DNA from: Lama glama
Lineage: Eukaryota
Assembly (NCBI GenBank): GCA_028534125.1
Contig: CM052817.1
Coordinates: forward strand, 87,794,001 to 87,858,000
Length of the DNA stretch: 64,000 bases
Direction: 5' to 3'
The notes beneath the pieces were generated by a model. It searched no databases. It was not told where the DNA came from and was given only the letters and a program-made list of their open reading frames with translations. Below are positions 13,334-24,479 of this stretch, piece after piece (position 1 is the stretch's first letter; each line of letters starts with the position of its first letter). Both the position numbers and the translations under genes were made by a program.

Positions 13334-13545
13334 CTTGTGCACACAGAACAGGGGGCGCCCGGCCACAGCGAGCTGCCCAGAATACGCTGTCTCCTTCCCT
13401 GCGGTTCCGAATCCCAAAGGCCAGGCGAGCCCAGCCCCGAGCGGCTGCAACACCGCCACTCCGGCTGCCACGGCCTCCAGGAGCGCGGGCGGCTCTCGGC
13501 GGCTCTGGGCGGCTCAGGGCGGCTGTGGTGATTGTCTGCCTGCCC
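13334..13545 (-). other. Candidate first exon (probably non-coding); start site approximate
   Basis: Minus-strand donor CAAG|GTGAGG at the island edge (last exon base 13334); no recognisable protein in any frame. Confidence 0.45.
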
Positions 13546-13660
13546 CGTGCGCTCCCATAATGCCCCGCGCAGCACAGCGCAGGCGCATTGTTGAAGACTC
13601 CCGAGCGTCTACAGCTTATCGAACCTGAACGCGACGGATTTCGTCTGAAGAGAGCCTGTG
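13350..13660. promoter_or_regulatory. CpG-island promoter of an unidentified transcript
   Basis: Only GC/CpG-rich island in the window; ZNF143(SBS)-like ctcccataatgccccgcg 13552-13569; NRF1-like gcgcaggcgca 13577-13587; GGGCGG boxes 13487-13526. Confidence 0.8.
13487..13526. repeat. 4 x 10-bp tandem repeat (GGGCGGCTCT)
   Basis: gggcggctct cggcggctct gggcggctca gggcggctgt. Confidence 0.9.
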
Positions 13661-13680
13661 GAAGCAGTGACTGGCAATGG

Positions 13681-14114
13681 TGTTAACTGCAGACTGGGTT
13701 CACTCCTTGGTGGGCGTCGTGCCAAAAGACACAACTAAGGCAAAGGGCAGGAGAAGAAAGGATTTATTACTTGAGGTAAGTAAGGAGAACGCGGTCCTTT
13801 CCCAAAGCATCTCTCCTCGAATAGCAAAATCGGTGAAGTTGAGGGCTGGAGTGCTTCAGGCTAATCTTTACCATTGAAACAGAGCTGAGAATCTTTACAA
13901 CTGATATAGTATCTTTGCTATAGTTACTTCCCTTGACAAATTTGTTTTTTTTGTTTGTTTGTTTCTTTAAGAACATTATTACTGAGACCTGCTCAAGGGC
14001 ATGCATTGTGGCCAGACCTAGATCACAAAATAGCTTCAGCCTTAAAATGGCTTCTCTTATGTCAAGGAGATATATCTGGTTCTTTTCCTCCAGGAACCCC
14101 CTACCCTATCTGCA
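13681..14114 (-). mobile_element. ERV1-class solo LTR
   Basis: tgttaac...tatctgca ends; minus-strand AATAAA (tttatt 13763-13768) ~80 nt from the end; gccatttt motif typical of ERV1 U3; no clear TSD, no PBS. Confidence 0.7.
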
Positions 14115-14709
14115 TACCCTGGGGCCCCTAGAAGTGATGGCTCACCTGGAGAAAGGGCCAAAGTTCTGTTGGTGCCACCTTCCACGGTTGATAATGAACA
14201 ATGCCAGCCCATAGAGCAAGTAACTTTCATTAATTTCATTCAGGAAACCAAAATCACCATTTGAAGTTTGCAAGTATATTTTGGTTCTTTATGCTTTGAA
14301 AGTCTTAGCTGAAGACAGGTGAGGAACGTTTGTGAAAATTTTGACTGGTGATTAGCTGCCACTTGCCTGATGTACCTTCTGAGAGGAAGGAACTTATCTC
14401 TTTTTGGTGCTACAGCCAGTCACTACATTAAAACAAAACAAAACGAAATATCCGTAACTCAATAAAGTGGACGGTGTCCTCTTTCAAGCTGCCACAGCCG
14501 TAATGGAAACAGTATTTGTCTGAGAATGGATTCTCTTGGAAAAAGGTAGTAGCATCAAGTCACTGTGGACGTTACTTCTAATCTATGTTTTACAAAGGTC
14601 AAATCTCCAGAAGTATGTTGGGGAATAATAGCAGTAATTGTAAAAGGAGAATCCTTAGATAAATCAATTGACTACAAAAACATTTTTCACGAGGACAACC
14701 AATTGATAA

Positions 14710-15157
14710 TGTTAATTAAAAATTAGTTGATCTAAGAGTGAAATGGAAATTTTCATTCAGCCAAATAGAGGATTATAACCTGAGAGCAGCATCTCAGAAA
14801 GCTCTGAGAAGTATTCAACCTGTTAGAAGTCAAAGCACAGTTATATAATTTTTTTTGAGGCAGAGGGCTGTACATTAAATGATACGTTATTGACAGTTTA
14901 TTTAATATAGCAAGCAGTGGGTTATGGGTCATCATGGCCCCTTATAAGATTAAGAAGGAATGTTAATCTTTTAAGGAGTTGTTGGTGCTAGGAAAATGTT
15001 GCTCTTTTTGGTTGAGCAGGTATTTCTGCAGATGAGGAGGTTTGGTCCATGCGTAATGCAGATACACAGTGCACAGGAGAGGGGAGAAAGGCCAAAGGGA
15101 AGATAAAATTTTTTTATATTTAGATTTTCTTGCCTAAAATAGGGATTTTATTTTACA
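14710..15157 (-). mobile_element. ERV1-class solo LTR
   Basis: TG...CA ends (tgttaatt...attttaca); near-TSD ataa/atga; gaggattataacc...ctcagaaagctctgagaa resembles laurasiatherian ERV1 LTRs. Confidence 0.75.
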
Positions 15158-16226
15158 ATGAGTAGTGAAAGTCTCAAGGTGCAAACTATGGCCTGTTCTA
15201 ACTATGTTATTGATTGAATTCTCAAAGTCAAGTAAAAGTAGCAACATTTGACTGAGTATGGAATTCCATGGTAACTACAAACAGTTTTGCAAGAAGACCT
15301 TCTTCATATCTTCATGTTGACTGTTGAAGTTCTGCAGTTCACCCAAAGGGAAAATCTCAATGCTCAGATATCTTTATTATTTCCTCATTACCTAGTACTT
15401 GCTAATCAAGCCTTGAGCTGGAACTTTTTTCTTCATGCCCGCATGGAGCAAATGATATCTATTCACATTCTGTGGAGAATTTTCTTGTTGGAATCTTCCC
15501 TGTCATTTTTGTTGATTAAGAAAAGAACTAAATGTAAGCATGGTAAATGAAAATACCTCTACTAAGTAGTGGACCTAGCAATATTAGGTGTCCCAATATG
15601 CCTCAATCCCAAACAGCCTTCTTAGATGATCTTTAAATGAAGCCTGCAAGTAGAGGCTGACTTAGCATTTAATCATGAATAGTTACATAAAAATTAAACT
15701 AGCTAAACCAGACTATATAAACTCTTGAAAGGAGATATAATAGCTTAGAGTTATCACTTGACATATTTTATTACTCCTTTCCATTTCCAATAGGTAATTA
15801 CTCCATTGTAATGTTAAAATTCAGGCTTATAAATGCTGTTTATAAGACTATAAAGATTCTTTTTCTTTCTGTAATCTCTCTTCTTTGTCTTGGCAGCCAG
15901 TTCAGTCTCTCACTATGAAAAAGAGACAGACATCAGCAATATGTGGTGAAACAAGATTTAAAAAATAGAATACTCTCTGAAATTAAAAAAGATAGCTTTA
16001 GTGTTAATTACTCATAATTACTCAAACTTTTCGTTGAAATTCATCCAATGAATTGAAGAATAGTTGGCTTAAAAATACAGTGAAAGTGTTCTCTCATAAA
16101 AGAAAGTTGATGTGTGTGTTTATATATATATTTTTTTCCTGTAGATTAGATGGCCTATGCCTAAATTTTACCAGTATAATTTGGCTAAAAAAGTGCTAAA
16201 ATGACTTTCTCATTAAAAATTCATAA

Positions 16227-16770
16227 TGAGACAGGAGGGAATGGGGTAGGACACAACCTTTAAGAGAATGACATAGCTTTGAGGAAATGACAAAAACTAG
16301 TTAGAACCTACTAGGCCCAAGGTAGCAAAAGATTTGACTTCTAGTAGACCTTGAACTTCATTATATGCTCATTGTAATATATTACCATGCTAAATAACAC
16401 ACCCATAGTTGCCATGACAGTTCTGAGGCTGACCATAAAAGGTCAAAAATTGAGCTATAGCCAATTCCTGGAAATCCCAGCCCCTTCTCCAAACTAGTTG
16501 GAATAATCCTCCCACTTGTTAGCATAGGAAATTACCCAGCCCGCATAAACTAACCACCCCTGCACCCTGGGGTGCTCTGGCTTCTGAGACTGATTGCATC
16601 CTGTCTATGGGATGTGTATTTCTCTACATAAACTTGCTTTCACTTTACTATGGCTCACTCTTGAATTCATTCCTGTGAGAAGCCAAGAACCCTCACTTGG
16701 TGGCCTGTCCCTTGGACTTGCCCAAGACCTGGGACTCGATCATCCTGTCACACTCCATTTTCCTGTAACA
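16227..16770 (+). mobile_element. MER41-like ERV1 solo LTR
   Basis: tgagacagg...acacccatagttgccatgacagtt...cataaacttgctttcacttta...ctcactcttgaattcattcctgtgagaagccaagaaccc...cctgtaaca; near-TSD ataa/atac. Confidence 0.85.
16465..16473. promoter_or_regulatory. GAS (STAT-binding) motif TTCCTGGAA inside the MER41-like LTR
   Basis: Exact TTCN3GAA match; activity not shown by sequence. Confidence 0.5.
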
Positions 16771-16929
16771 ATACCTAGATTGCCAGAAGATTCTACCACC
16801 CTTCTCTGCTGCCCTTCCCCACTGGGTTGCATGAAATTGACAAAAATCAATCTGTTGAGTCATTGTGCACATATTCTTGAGAGTGTTCAAGTTGGAGGTT
16901 GATGGTCTAGGTGAAATATGAACAAAACA

Positions 16930-17105
16930 AAATGTAGATTTTAAGTTCCAGCACCTACTAGCTATGTGGATTTGATTAAGATAAACGCTCTGAACCTCAC
17001 TTTCCACATTTTAAAAATAGAAAATAAATTTTGTGCACAAAGATACAAATTGGATGTCAATCTTTCTTACACAGAACCTGATGCCTAGTAGGTACTAGAT
17101 GTGTT
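16930..17105 (+). mobile_element. MIR fragment
   Basis: ttccagcacctactagctatgtgg...ctctgaacctcactttccacattttaaaaatag. Confidence 0.65.
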
Positions 17106-17729
17106 CTTCTGTTCTATTAATGAAGTTACAAGTGAGTAAGCGTATGACTAAGAGGAAAGAGATTTAGGGGCTTTTAAAGCTGCAACTTATTACTATTGTG
17201 GTTGTTGATTATATTCTGGGTGGTAATTGGAGATACTAACTAGGGATATAAGCCACTTGTGATGTATAACATTGGCTAGGGGCTTAGTTTGCATGTTTAG
17301 CTGTGCTGTTCTTTAACTTTACAGACAAAATAAAATTTGAGGTACCCACTTAACTACCCAAATATATAAGGGACTGATTTAAAGTGAAATGTTAATTAAT
17401 GTTTTAAAATTGAGAAATAGCTTAGACCTATATAGGCTTCCAAATCAACACAAATTTACTGGTTGAGTTAGCTCCCATTAAGCACATGTAGTCCAGTATA
17501 AGGGAAACAGCATTCTATGTTATGGAGAACTCTGAAAATTGTAATATCTTTTCTTTTAAGTCAGGGATTGGAAGAATTATTATCTCACCAAAGAGTTATA
17601 TAGTATTGAGGATTGTAACCATTTATATTCATTAATTGAAGTTATACAATTCCACTTCCAGATCAGTATTTTCTTAGATGATATCCTTGACCCCATGTTG
17701 AGATTTGAAAGTCATTTCTTATCTTTTCT

Positions 17730-18736
17730 GAAGAACACCTGCAATCTATGGATAATTTTTGTGTGTCAGTAGCCTGTTCCTTTCTATGGCTCAACACCAT
17801 TTCACTATGGATGTACCACCATTTGTTTATTCCCCAGGTGAGAAGCATTCAGGGTTTTTTCACTTGTTGGTGATTTGAACAAACTGTTATATATATACAG
17901 GTATCTGTGTGAACATAGATTTCATTTTCCTTGGGTAAATATCTAGGAGTGAGATGGCTGAAGTGCATAGTAAATGTATGTTTAACTTTATAAGAGACCA
18001 CCAGAGTGTTTTTGCAATGGCTTTATCATTTTGTATGTTGGTGAGTTATACATGAGATTTCTAGTTCTGAGTTCTTTTCTAACACTTAGCACTTGGTACT
18101 GTCAGTTTTTCATCCTCATTCTAATGAGTGTGATGTAGAATTTTTAGAATGGTTGTAACATACTTCCCTAGTAACTAGTGATATTGAGCATCTTTGTATA
18201 TGCCTATTTGCCATCTATCTGTGTATCTTCTCTGGTGAAATTTTTGGTCAAGAGTGACAGTTATCTTCTTTGGTTATTTTGTTTTATTATTACTGAGTTT
18301 TGAGAGTTCTTTATATATTTTAGATACAAGTCTTTATAAGGTATGTGATTTGCAAATATTTCTTCCTAATATGTGTTTTAATATTTTAATTAAGGTTCTT
18401 TCACAGAACAGTTTCTAAATTTTTATTTTACATATAGCATCCCTTACCTGTTGTATCTAAAAATACTTTGTATAACCCAATGTCACAAAGATTTTCTGGT
18501 GTGTTTTTTGCTAAATTTTTATAATTTTATATTCTACATTTAGGTTTATAATCTTATTTGAATTAATTTTGTATAAAGTTGATGTAAATTTGAGATATAG
18601 GCTGAGCTTTATTTATTTATTTATTTATTTTGCATATGGAAGTCCAGATATTCCAAGGTTGTTTGTTTAAAAGACTATCCTTTTACATTAAATTTTGTTG
18701 CTTCTTTGTCAAAAATCAGCCATTTTTGTGTGGATC
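17730..18736 (-). mobile_element. Old L1 (L1MC/MD-like) ORF2 3' end and 3'UTR
   Basis: tatggatgtaccaccatttgtttatt...ttgggtaaatatctaggagtgagatggctg...gatttgcaaatatttc...ctttgtcaaaaatcag. Confidence 0.85.
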
Positions 18737-18737
18737 A

Positions 18738-18830
18738 AAAGGAAGAGAGAAAGAGAGGAAGGAATGGAAAGGAAAGTAGGGAGGGAGGAGGGAGGGACAG
18801 ACAGATGGAGGAGAGAGAAAGAAAAGACAA
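18738..18830. repeat. GA-rich purine tract
   Basis: aaaggaagagagaaagagaggaaggaatggaaaggaaagtagggagggaggagggaggg... Confidence 0.8.
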
Positions 18831-19399
18831 GACCAGTGTTCACTCAGAAAATATGTGATTAAGTATCTGTATTAGGATTTTCAGAAAACAGTTCTATTGC
18901 ACATTATTTTGAGCAGGTATACAAAACAGTGAAAATAAATAAAGTGGGATTATAAATTTGTAGAGGTAATTTGACAAATACAACCTGTCTTGCACCTGTA
19001 GATAACAGATAACTGAAGGTAAATTGGGCAGTTCAATTATGTTGTCTCTTGTGCAACATCACTATCTTAAATAAATGATAAATTGCACTTTTAGATTTAT
19101 AAAAATGTCCTAGGTTTCCATTTTACTGAAAGATAGACATTAGTTCATTACTTTAAAATATTATACTTTACAAAAACATCTCTTTTGCAAATATGAAATA
19201 TGGCAAGTATGTCACATACTTTACACATCATTTCAAGTCTTCTTGGCATCTTTTGTCTTCTGATTTTTGGTCCCTTAGCTGAAAAGTAAGGTAAGACTGA
19301 ACTCTGGTTCCTAGACCAAGACTGGTTGGGAAGACAGAAAAGTTAAATACATATTAAATAACATAATTCATTCTATACGTAACTTTTAATTTCCTACCA

Positions 19400-20175
19400 C
19401 ACTTAACGTTTCTGAGATATATCAGTGAACAAAAAAAAGAAAAAAATATATATAAATAACTGCCTTTGTGGACCTCACATTAGTGCAAGGAAAACAGGCA
19501 ATAAAACACTAACATAATAAAAGAAGATAATTATATTGTATATGATATGAACAATAGGAAAAAATAGGGCAGAGTAAGGGTGTGCAGGTTTTAAAGGTAG
19601 TAATTTAAATTATGTTGGTAAGATTTATCTGATAGGGTGGGTTATAGCAAAGATTTGAAGAATGTTATGTAGTTTTCTATATGGATATCTCAGGAGAGAG
19701 TATTCCAGGGCAGAGAAAAAGCCAGTGCCAAGTCCCTAAGGCACAATCCCACCTAGTGAATATACTGAAAATTAAGAAGATAAGGGTAAGTGAAGCAAAA
19801 TGAACAAGGGGAAGCAGGGGGAAAAAAAAAGATGAAGGAGATGAGATCCTGTAAAACCTTGAGGGCAACTGTAAGGCATTTGGCATAGGCTTGAATTAAA
19901 ATGGGAGCAACTATGGAGTTTTGAGCAGAGATGTGGCGTTTTGACTTCTGCTTTGAAATGGGTACAGTATTGGAGGGTGAATATAGCTCAGAGGTAAAGT
20001 GCATGCTTAGCTGATACAAGGTCCTGGATTCAATTCCCAGCACCTCTATTAAAAAACTTCTTTAAATTATGTTTTTAAAAGTCATTTAAAAATAAACAAA
20101 ATAAAATAAAATGGCTGCAGTATTGAAAGCAGACTGAACAGCAGCACAAGCAGAAGCGCAGGACAAATTAGGTAG
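19400..20175 (-). mobile_element. LINE-2 fragment, interrupted by a SINE
   Basis: cagtgaacaaaa...tgcctttgtggacctcacattag...gagagtattccagggcagagaaaaagccagtgccaagtccctaaggca. Confidence 0.8.
19973..20108 (+). mobile_element. tRNA-derived SINE, camelid vic-1 type
   Basis: gagggtgaatatagctcagaggtaaagtgcatgcttagc...aggtcctggattcaattcccagcacctc with A/B-box remnants; A-rich tail; TSD aaatgggtacagtattg (19956-19972) / aaatggctgcagtattg (20109-20125). Confidence 0.85.
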
Positions 20176-21069
20176 GCCTGTATAGCTGTGAAAGCATTGA
20201 GGGTCCTGGCTATCAGCCTGACAAAGTCAGAGGAAGCTTCCTGTTGGAGGTTACCCTTGAATTATCATAAAATCTCCATTGAATTTTGATGCCTACTGTA
20301 TAGAAAATGATTCTCTAATGGATGAGTTCAATAAAACAGATGAGGTCATTAAGCCTGTAGTGGGTTACAAAAAGGGAGAGTTTGAGTTATTATCACTCTA
20401 AGAGTAACAGAAGAAGTTAATACTGGGAGTCTGCAGTTTGATCTTCTCAAAGGAGTCAGAAACCATACTCAAGAACTTTTCATGAGTTTTGTGAACTTTA
20501 TAACTTGTTTTCTTTCTTTCTGCCATTATTGTTTGGAACCCTGGGATCAGCTAATTCCATCCATATTTCTCCCCTTAGGCACTGAACAAAAACATATTGC
20601 CCTATGTGTGATTCCTTCCACAGCTTACATTATTCCACTCATGCCCTTAACCTAAATGCCACCATTAGGTGTGTTGAAACTTCCTTTCTATTACAAATAA
20701 ATTAGTAAATAAAACTCGTAGCATGAAAATATCTCCATGTTCTTTCCTAACTGAATACTAAAAATGCCCTGAAGATGTTACATTAAAGGCCCTCTTTAGG
20801 AGAGAGAACTGATCCATCCACTCTACCAGGTCAGGAATGTTACTGCGGTGAGGAAGCAGTCAGCATTACCTTTGTTACTCAGTGCCCCTTCCAAATCTTA
20901 ACTTCTCTACTCTTAGGTACGTGAGCATCGTGCTTTTGAAGCTCATCCTGTCTAGGCTGTTCCACTCATGCCCATCCTTCTAATCATTTTCCTTTAATAA
21001 TTGAGGTCACAAACATCTATCTTATCGTTTCCTTCTCTTTCCTGAATTCTATTACCATAGTTTCCACAA

Positions 21070-22870
21070 TTGTCATTAATATTTATCACCAGGTATCTCT
21101 GCCTCTCCTCTGGGCACATGTTTGGATTACACACAAGTCCCTGTTGCTCTGGCCAGAGTTGTGAGTAGAAGTGATCTATGTCACTATCTAGTCATAGAAT
21201 TTAATTACTGGCTTGAGATCCTCTAGAGTATTCTTTCCAATTGGTATGGCAACAAGCAGTATTTGAGATGGCAGTTATTGCTTCAGCCTAGCTTTCTAAG
21301 TGGTTATGAAAAACAGCACGTGAGCAGACCTATGACGGACTGCTAGCATGAGCGCAATACAAACCTTTGTTTTAAGCCACTGCGATACAGGTGTAGTTGA
21401 TTGTGTAGCAGAAATTAACCGATTCTGCCGCTGAGTAGTGTAGAAACTATTACATAATGTAGAAAAGAAGACAGTTGAATTAACATATATAGGACTGGCT
21501 TATGAACTAGCTGCAGGTTGTGAGAAACTGTTATGGTAATCTGAAAGAATGGCAATCTATATTATGCACTTATGAAATAGTTGAATTCTCACCTGTTATA
21601 ATTATGTGACAGAAATTGTATTTAATAAACTTTCAGATCTAGAAAAGAGGTTGGAAAACAAAATGCTAGCAGTATGTTTTGGCTATAAATGACAAATAAC
21701 TACAAAGAGATGATCTCAGAAAATATAAGCATGGTAGCAAGCAGAAGGAAAAAGAACAGAAATTGAGAGACTTACAGGTTTGGAAGAAGCAGCTGTTTCT
21801 CATCACCAGTTTACAAAAGACCAAACTAACAGGGCCATTAACTGATAAAGGCTAATTAGAATACATCCTTGCTGCAAGACTGAAATGAATGTTATGGCTG
21901 CCACAGTGTTGTTAAAGCATCTGAAAGGATTTAGGGACCATCCTGTGAAACTTTTCACTTGGACAAAATGGCCCAGTGCAAAAAAGGCAGGGGCATAATT
22001 TCTTTGATAATATAGACAACTTTAAGCCAAGGGAGAGAAGTAAGAGAAAGGCATATTTAACAATAAACTGAGAGTAACTATCAGAACCTAAAAATGAATA
22101 ACTCAAATAAGTTAGAACACTAAAGGTTTTGAGAAAGTTGTATTTTCAAAGGAACCATGAGCTTAAATGTGTGCTCTCCAGTATGGTCACTACCAGCCAC
22201 TTTTGGGCTATTGAGTATTTGAAATATGGTAAGTGCAACAAAAAATTTTTTTATTTCATTTTGATTAATTTAAATTTAAATTTTGATACATGTTGAATAT
22301 TTTTCTGTTGAATACAACTTTTTTGTTTGAAAGGGTTAAATTTTCTTTTATTAGCCATTGAAAACTTAGCATCAGAATTGAGGTGTGCTATAAATATAAA
22401 ATATACACTAGACTTTGAAGACTTAGTATAAAAAAAGAAGAAAGTAAAATATTGCTAAACATGAGACACCTAAAATATCTCAATAATTCTTATACTAAGT
22501 GGGACATATAATATTTTACATATTTGGGTTAAATAAAATAGATATTAAAATTAATTTCACCTGTTTCTTTTAAGCTTTTAAAAATGTTTAATATTGTAAA
22601 ATTGCATAAGCAGCCTGGATTACATTTTATTGGATAATGATGACCTGGACATAAAATAGTTTTGACTGGAGTTGACTACATTTTGAAATGGTCCACACAG
22701 TCATAAACTTCTGCAGGAGTGAAACAAACTGAGACAGGTAATTTAAACATTATTACCAACAACAAAATAAAATAAATTATAACAAGAAATTTAAAGTCTC
22801 AAAGTTAGCATGCCATATCCCTTCAGAGATTCTCTGGTACTAGCCCCACTCAGCTTGGCAGCTGCAATTA
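21070..22870 (+). mobile_element. MLT1J-like LTR (~21070-21440) followed by MaLR internal sequence
   Basis: ctgggcacatg...gagtagaagtgatctatgtcact...aaacctttgttttaagccactg; downstream aggttggaaaacaaaatgctagcagtatgttttggct resembles MLT1-int. Confidence 0.65.
22168..22642. mobile_element. hAT-Charlie DNA transposon (MER3/MER33/Charlie1-derived)
   Basis: gtgctctccagtatggtcactaccagccac...ggctattgagtatttgaaatatgg; gaattgaggtgtgctataaatataaaatatacactagactttgaagacttagta; aaaattaatttcacctgtttctttt. Confidence 0.8.
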
Positions 22871-23709
22871 GCAGTACCTTTTTCACTTCTATGATGCAGA
22901 TTCACACCTTCCCCTTTCCTTATTTGCACACAATTACACTTGTCTGTGGAATATCCTATGTACCGTTGCCTCTGGAGCAATGTTGCCCGCACAGTCTCCA
23001 CCCATCTCTGTTTCTTTGTTAAACTAAACTCTCAGTTTGGAAGTCAGTTCCTCAGAAAAACTTTCCTTCCTCAAACTCCTAAACTGCAGTCCCCTTTTAT
23101 ATGCTTCTTCATTACCAAATGCTTCTTCCCTCAAGGCATCACAACTCTGAATTGTAACTGTATCTTATTTGATAGGAGAAATGGTCATTTCTTTCAAAGC
23201 TGAAGGGGGGAAACACTAAAGAGAATGCTGACAATAGTGCGTTTTACAAAGCCTGAGTTATTTAAAGTCTCCAGTGCCATGTAAGGTATACAGCAGAAAA
23301 GTCCAGAATGGTTTGACATTACCAGTCTGGTCAGCTTCTGTGTGCCCCAGTAATATGTGTTCAAGATAAGCCCTTTTCCTATGGATCTGCCCCTAATCTC
23401 CTGGAGAGAATACAATTGCTTCTAATAACAATTTACACAGGCAGTGAAGTACAAATCTATATCAAGGGGAAAAAGCTCCTAAAGGCAATCACATATGAAA
23501 GATGTTACCTATTAGCAGGCACACAATAAAGAAATCTTTTCATATTATTATGCAAGCAGTTAGAACCCTATTGAACATTCCTGAATAGGATCTTGATTTT
23601 AACTTTGAATAGAGAAGACCCATCGAAATGTTTGATTCAAACAAAGGGTCCCTTTACTCCAGAAGTGAATTCAAGCAATACAAAGAGGTTACAGAGTTTT
23701 TTCACTAGC

Positions 23710-24209
23710 NNNNNNNNNNNNNNNNNNNNNNNNNNNNNNNNNNNNNNNNNNNNNNNNNNNNNNNNNNNNNNNNNNNNNNNNNNNNNNNNNNNNNNNNNNN
23801 NNNNNNNNNNNNNNNNNNNNNNNNNNNNNNNNNNNNNNNNNNNNNNNNNNNNNNNNNNNNNNNNNNNNNNNNNNNNNNNNNNNNNNNNNNNNNNNNNNNN
23901 NNNNNNNNNNNNNNNNNNNNNNNNNNNNNNNNNNNNNNNNNNNNNNNNNNNNNNNNNNNNNNNNNNNNNNNNNNNNNNNNNNNNNNNNNNNNNNNNNNNN
24001 NNNNNNNNNNNNNNNNNNNNNNNNNNNNNNNNNNNNNNNNNNNNNNNNNNNNNNNNNNNNNNNNNNNNNNNNNNNNNNNNNNNNNNNNNNNNNNNNNNNN
24101 NNNNNNNNNNNNNNNNNNNNNNNNNNNNNNNNNNNNNNNNNNNNNNNNNNNNNNNNNNNNNNNNNNNNNNNNNNNNNNNNNNNNNNNNNNNNNNNNNNNN
24201 NNNNNNNNN
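23710..24209. other. Assembly gap (500 N)
   Basis: Run of N. Confidence 1.
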
Positions 24210-24479
24210 TCTGCTAGCTTCGAGGCTTGCATATAAGGTGGGAAGGCAGGACAATAACTTGGAGACCTTAGCAGGCTGTTTTGCAAACCTAGGATGGCAC
24301 AAACTGCCATAGATGAAGGTTTGAGCACTTGTGACAAAGCCTGACTAGGATGCTAAAAGGTAGAATCCCTGGGACAGTGAAGAGAGCAGAGGGGAGGATG
24401 TTGTGGTCATTGACAAGGAAATGAATGGGGTGCCTCATGCTGTCTAATGTCTAATACAATGAGAAATTTTCACCAGCAC

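Noticed and set aside
13265..13628. Five overlapping ORFs in the CpG island
   Set aside because: Stop-codon scarcity in GC-rich DNA; several use non-ATG starts; no recognisable protein
13590..13680. CpG island as the leader of a provirus downstream of the 13681 LTR
   Set aside because: No TGG-initiated primer-binding site after the LTR end and no gag-like sequence
19973..20047. tRNA gene
   Set aside because: Degenerate tRNA-like head with A-rich tail and TSD, so it is a SINE
23593..24337. Long ORFs (210-239 aa)
   Set aside because: Artefacts of translating through the 500-N gap; the same applies to 51897-52520
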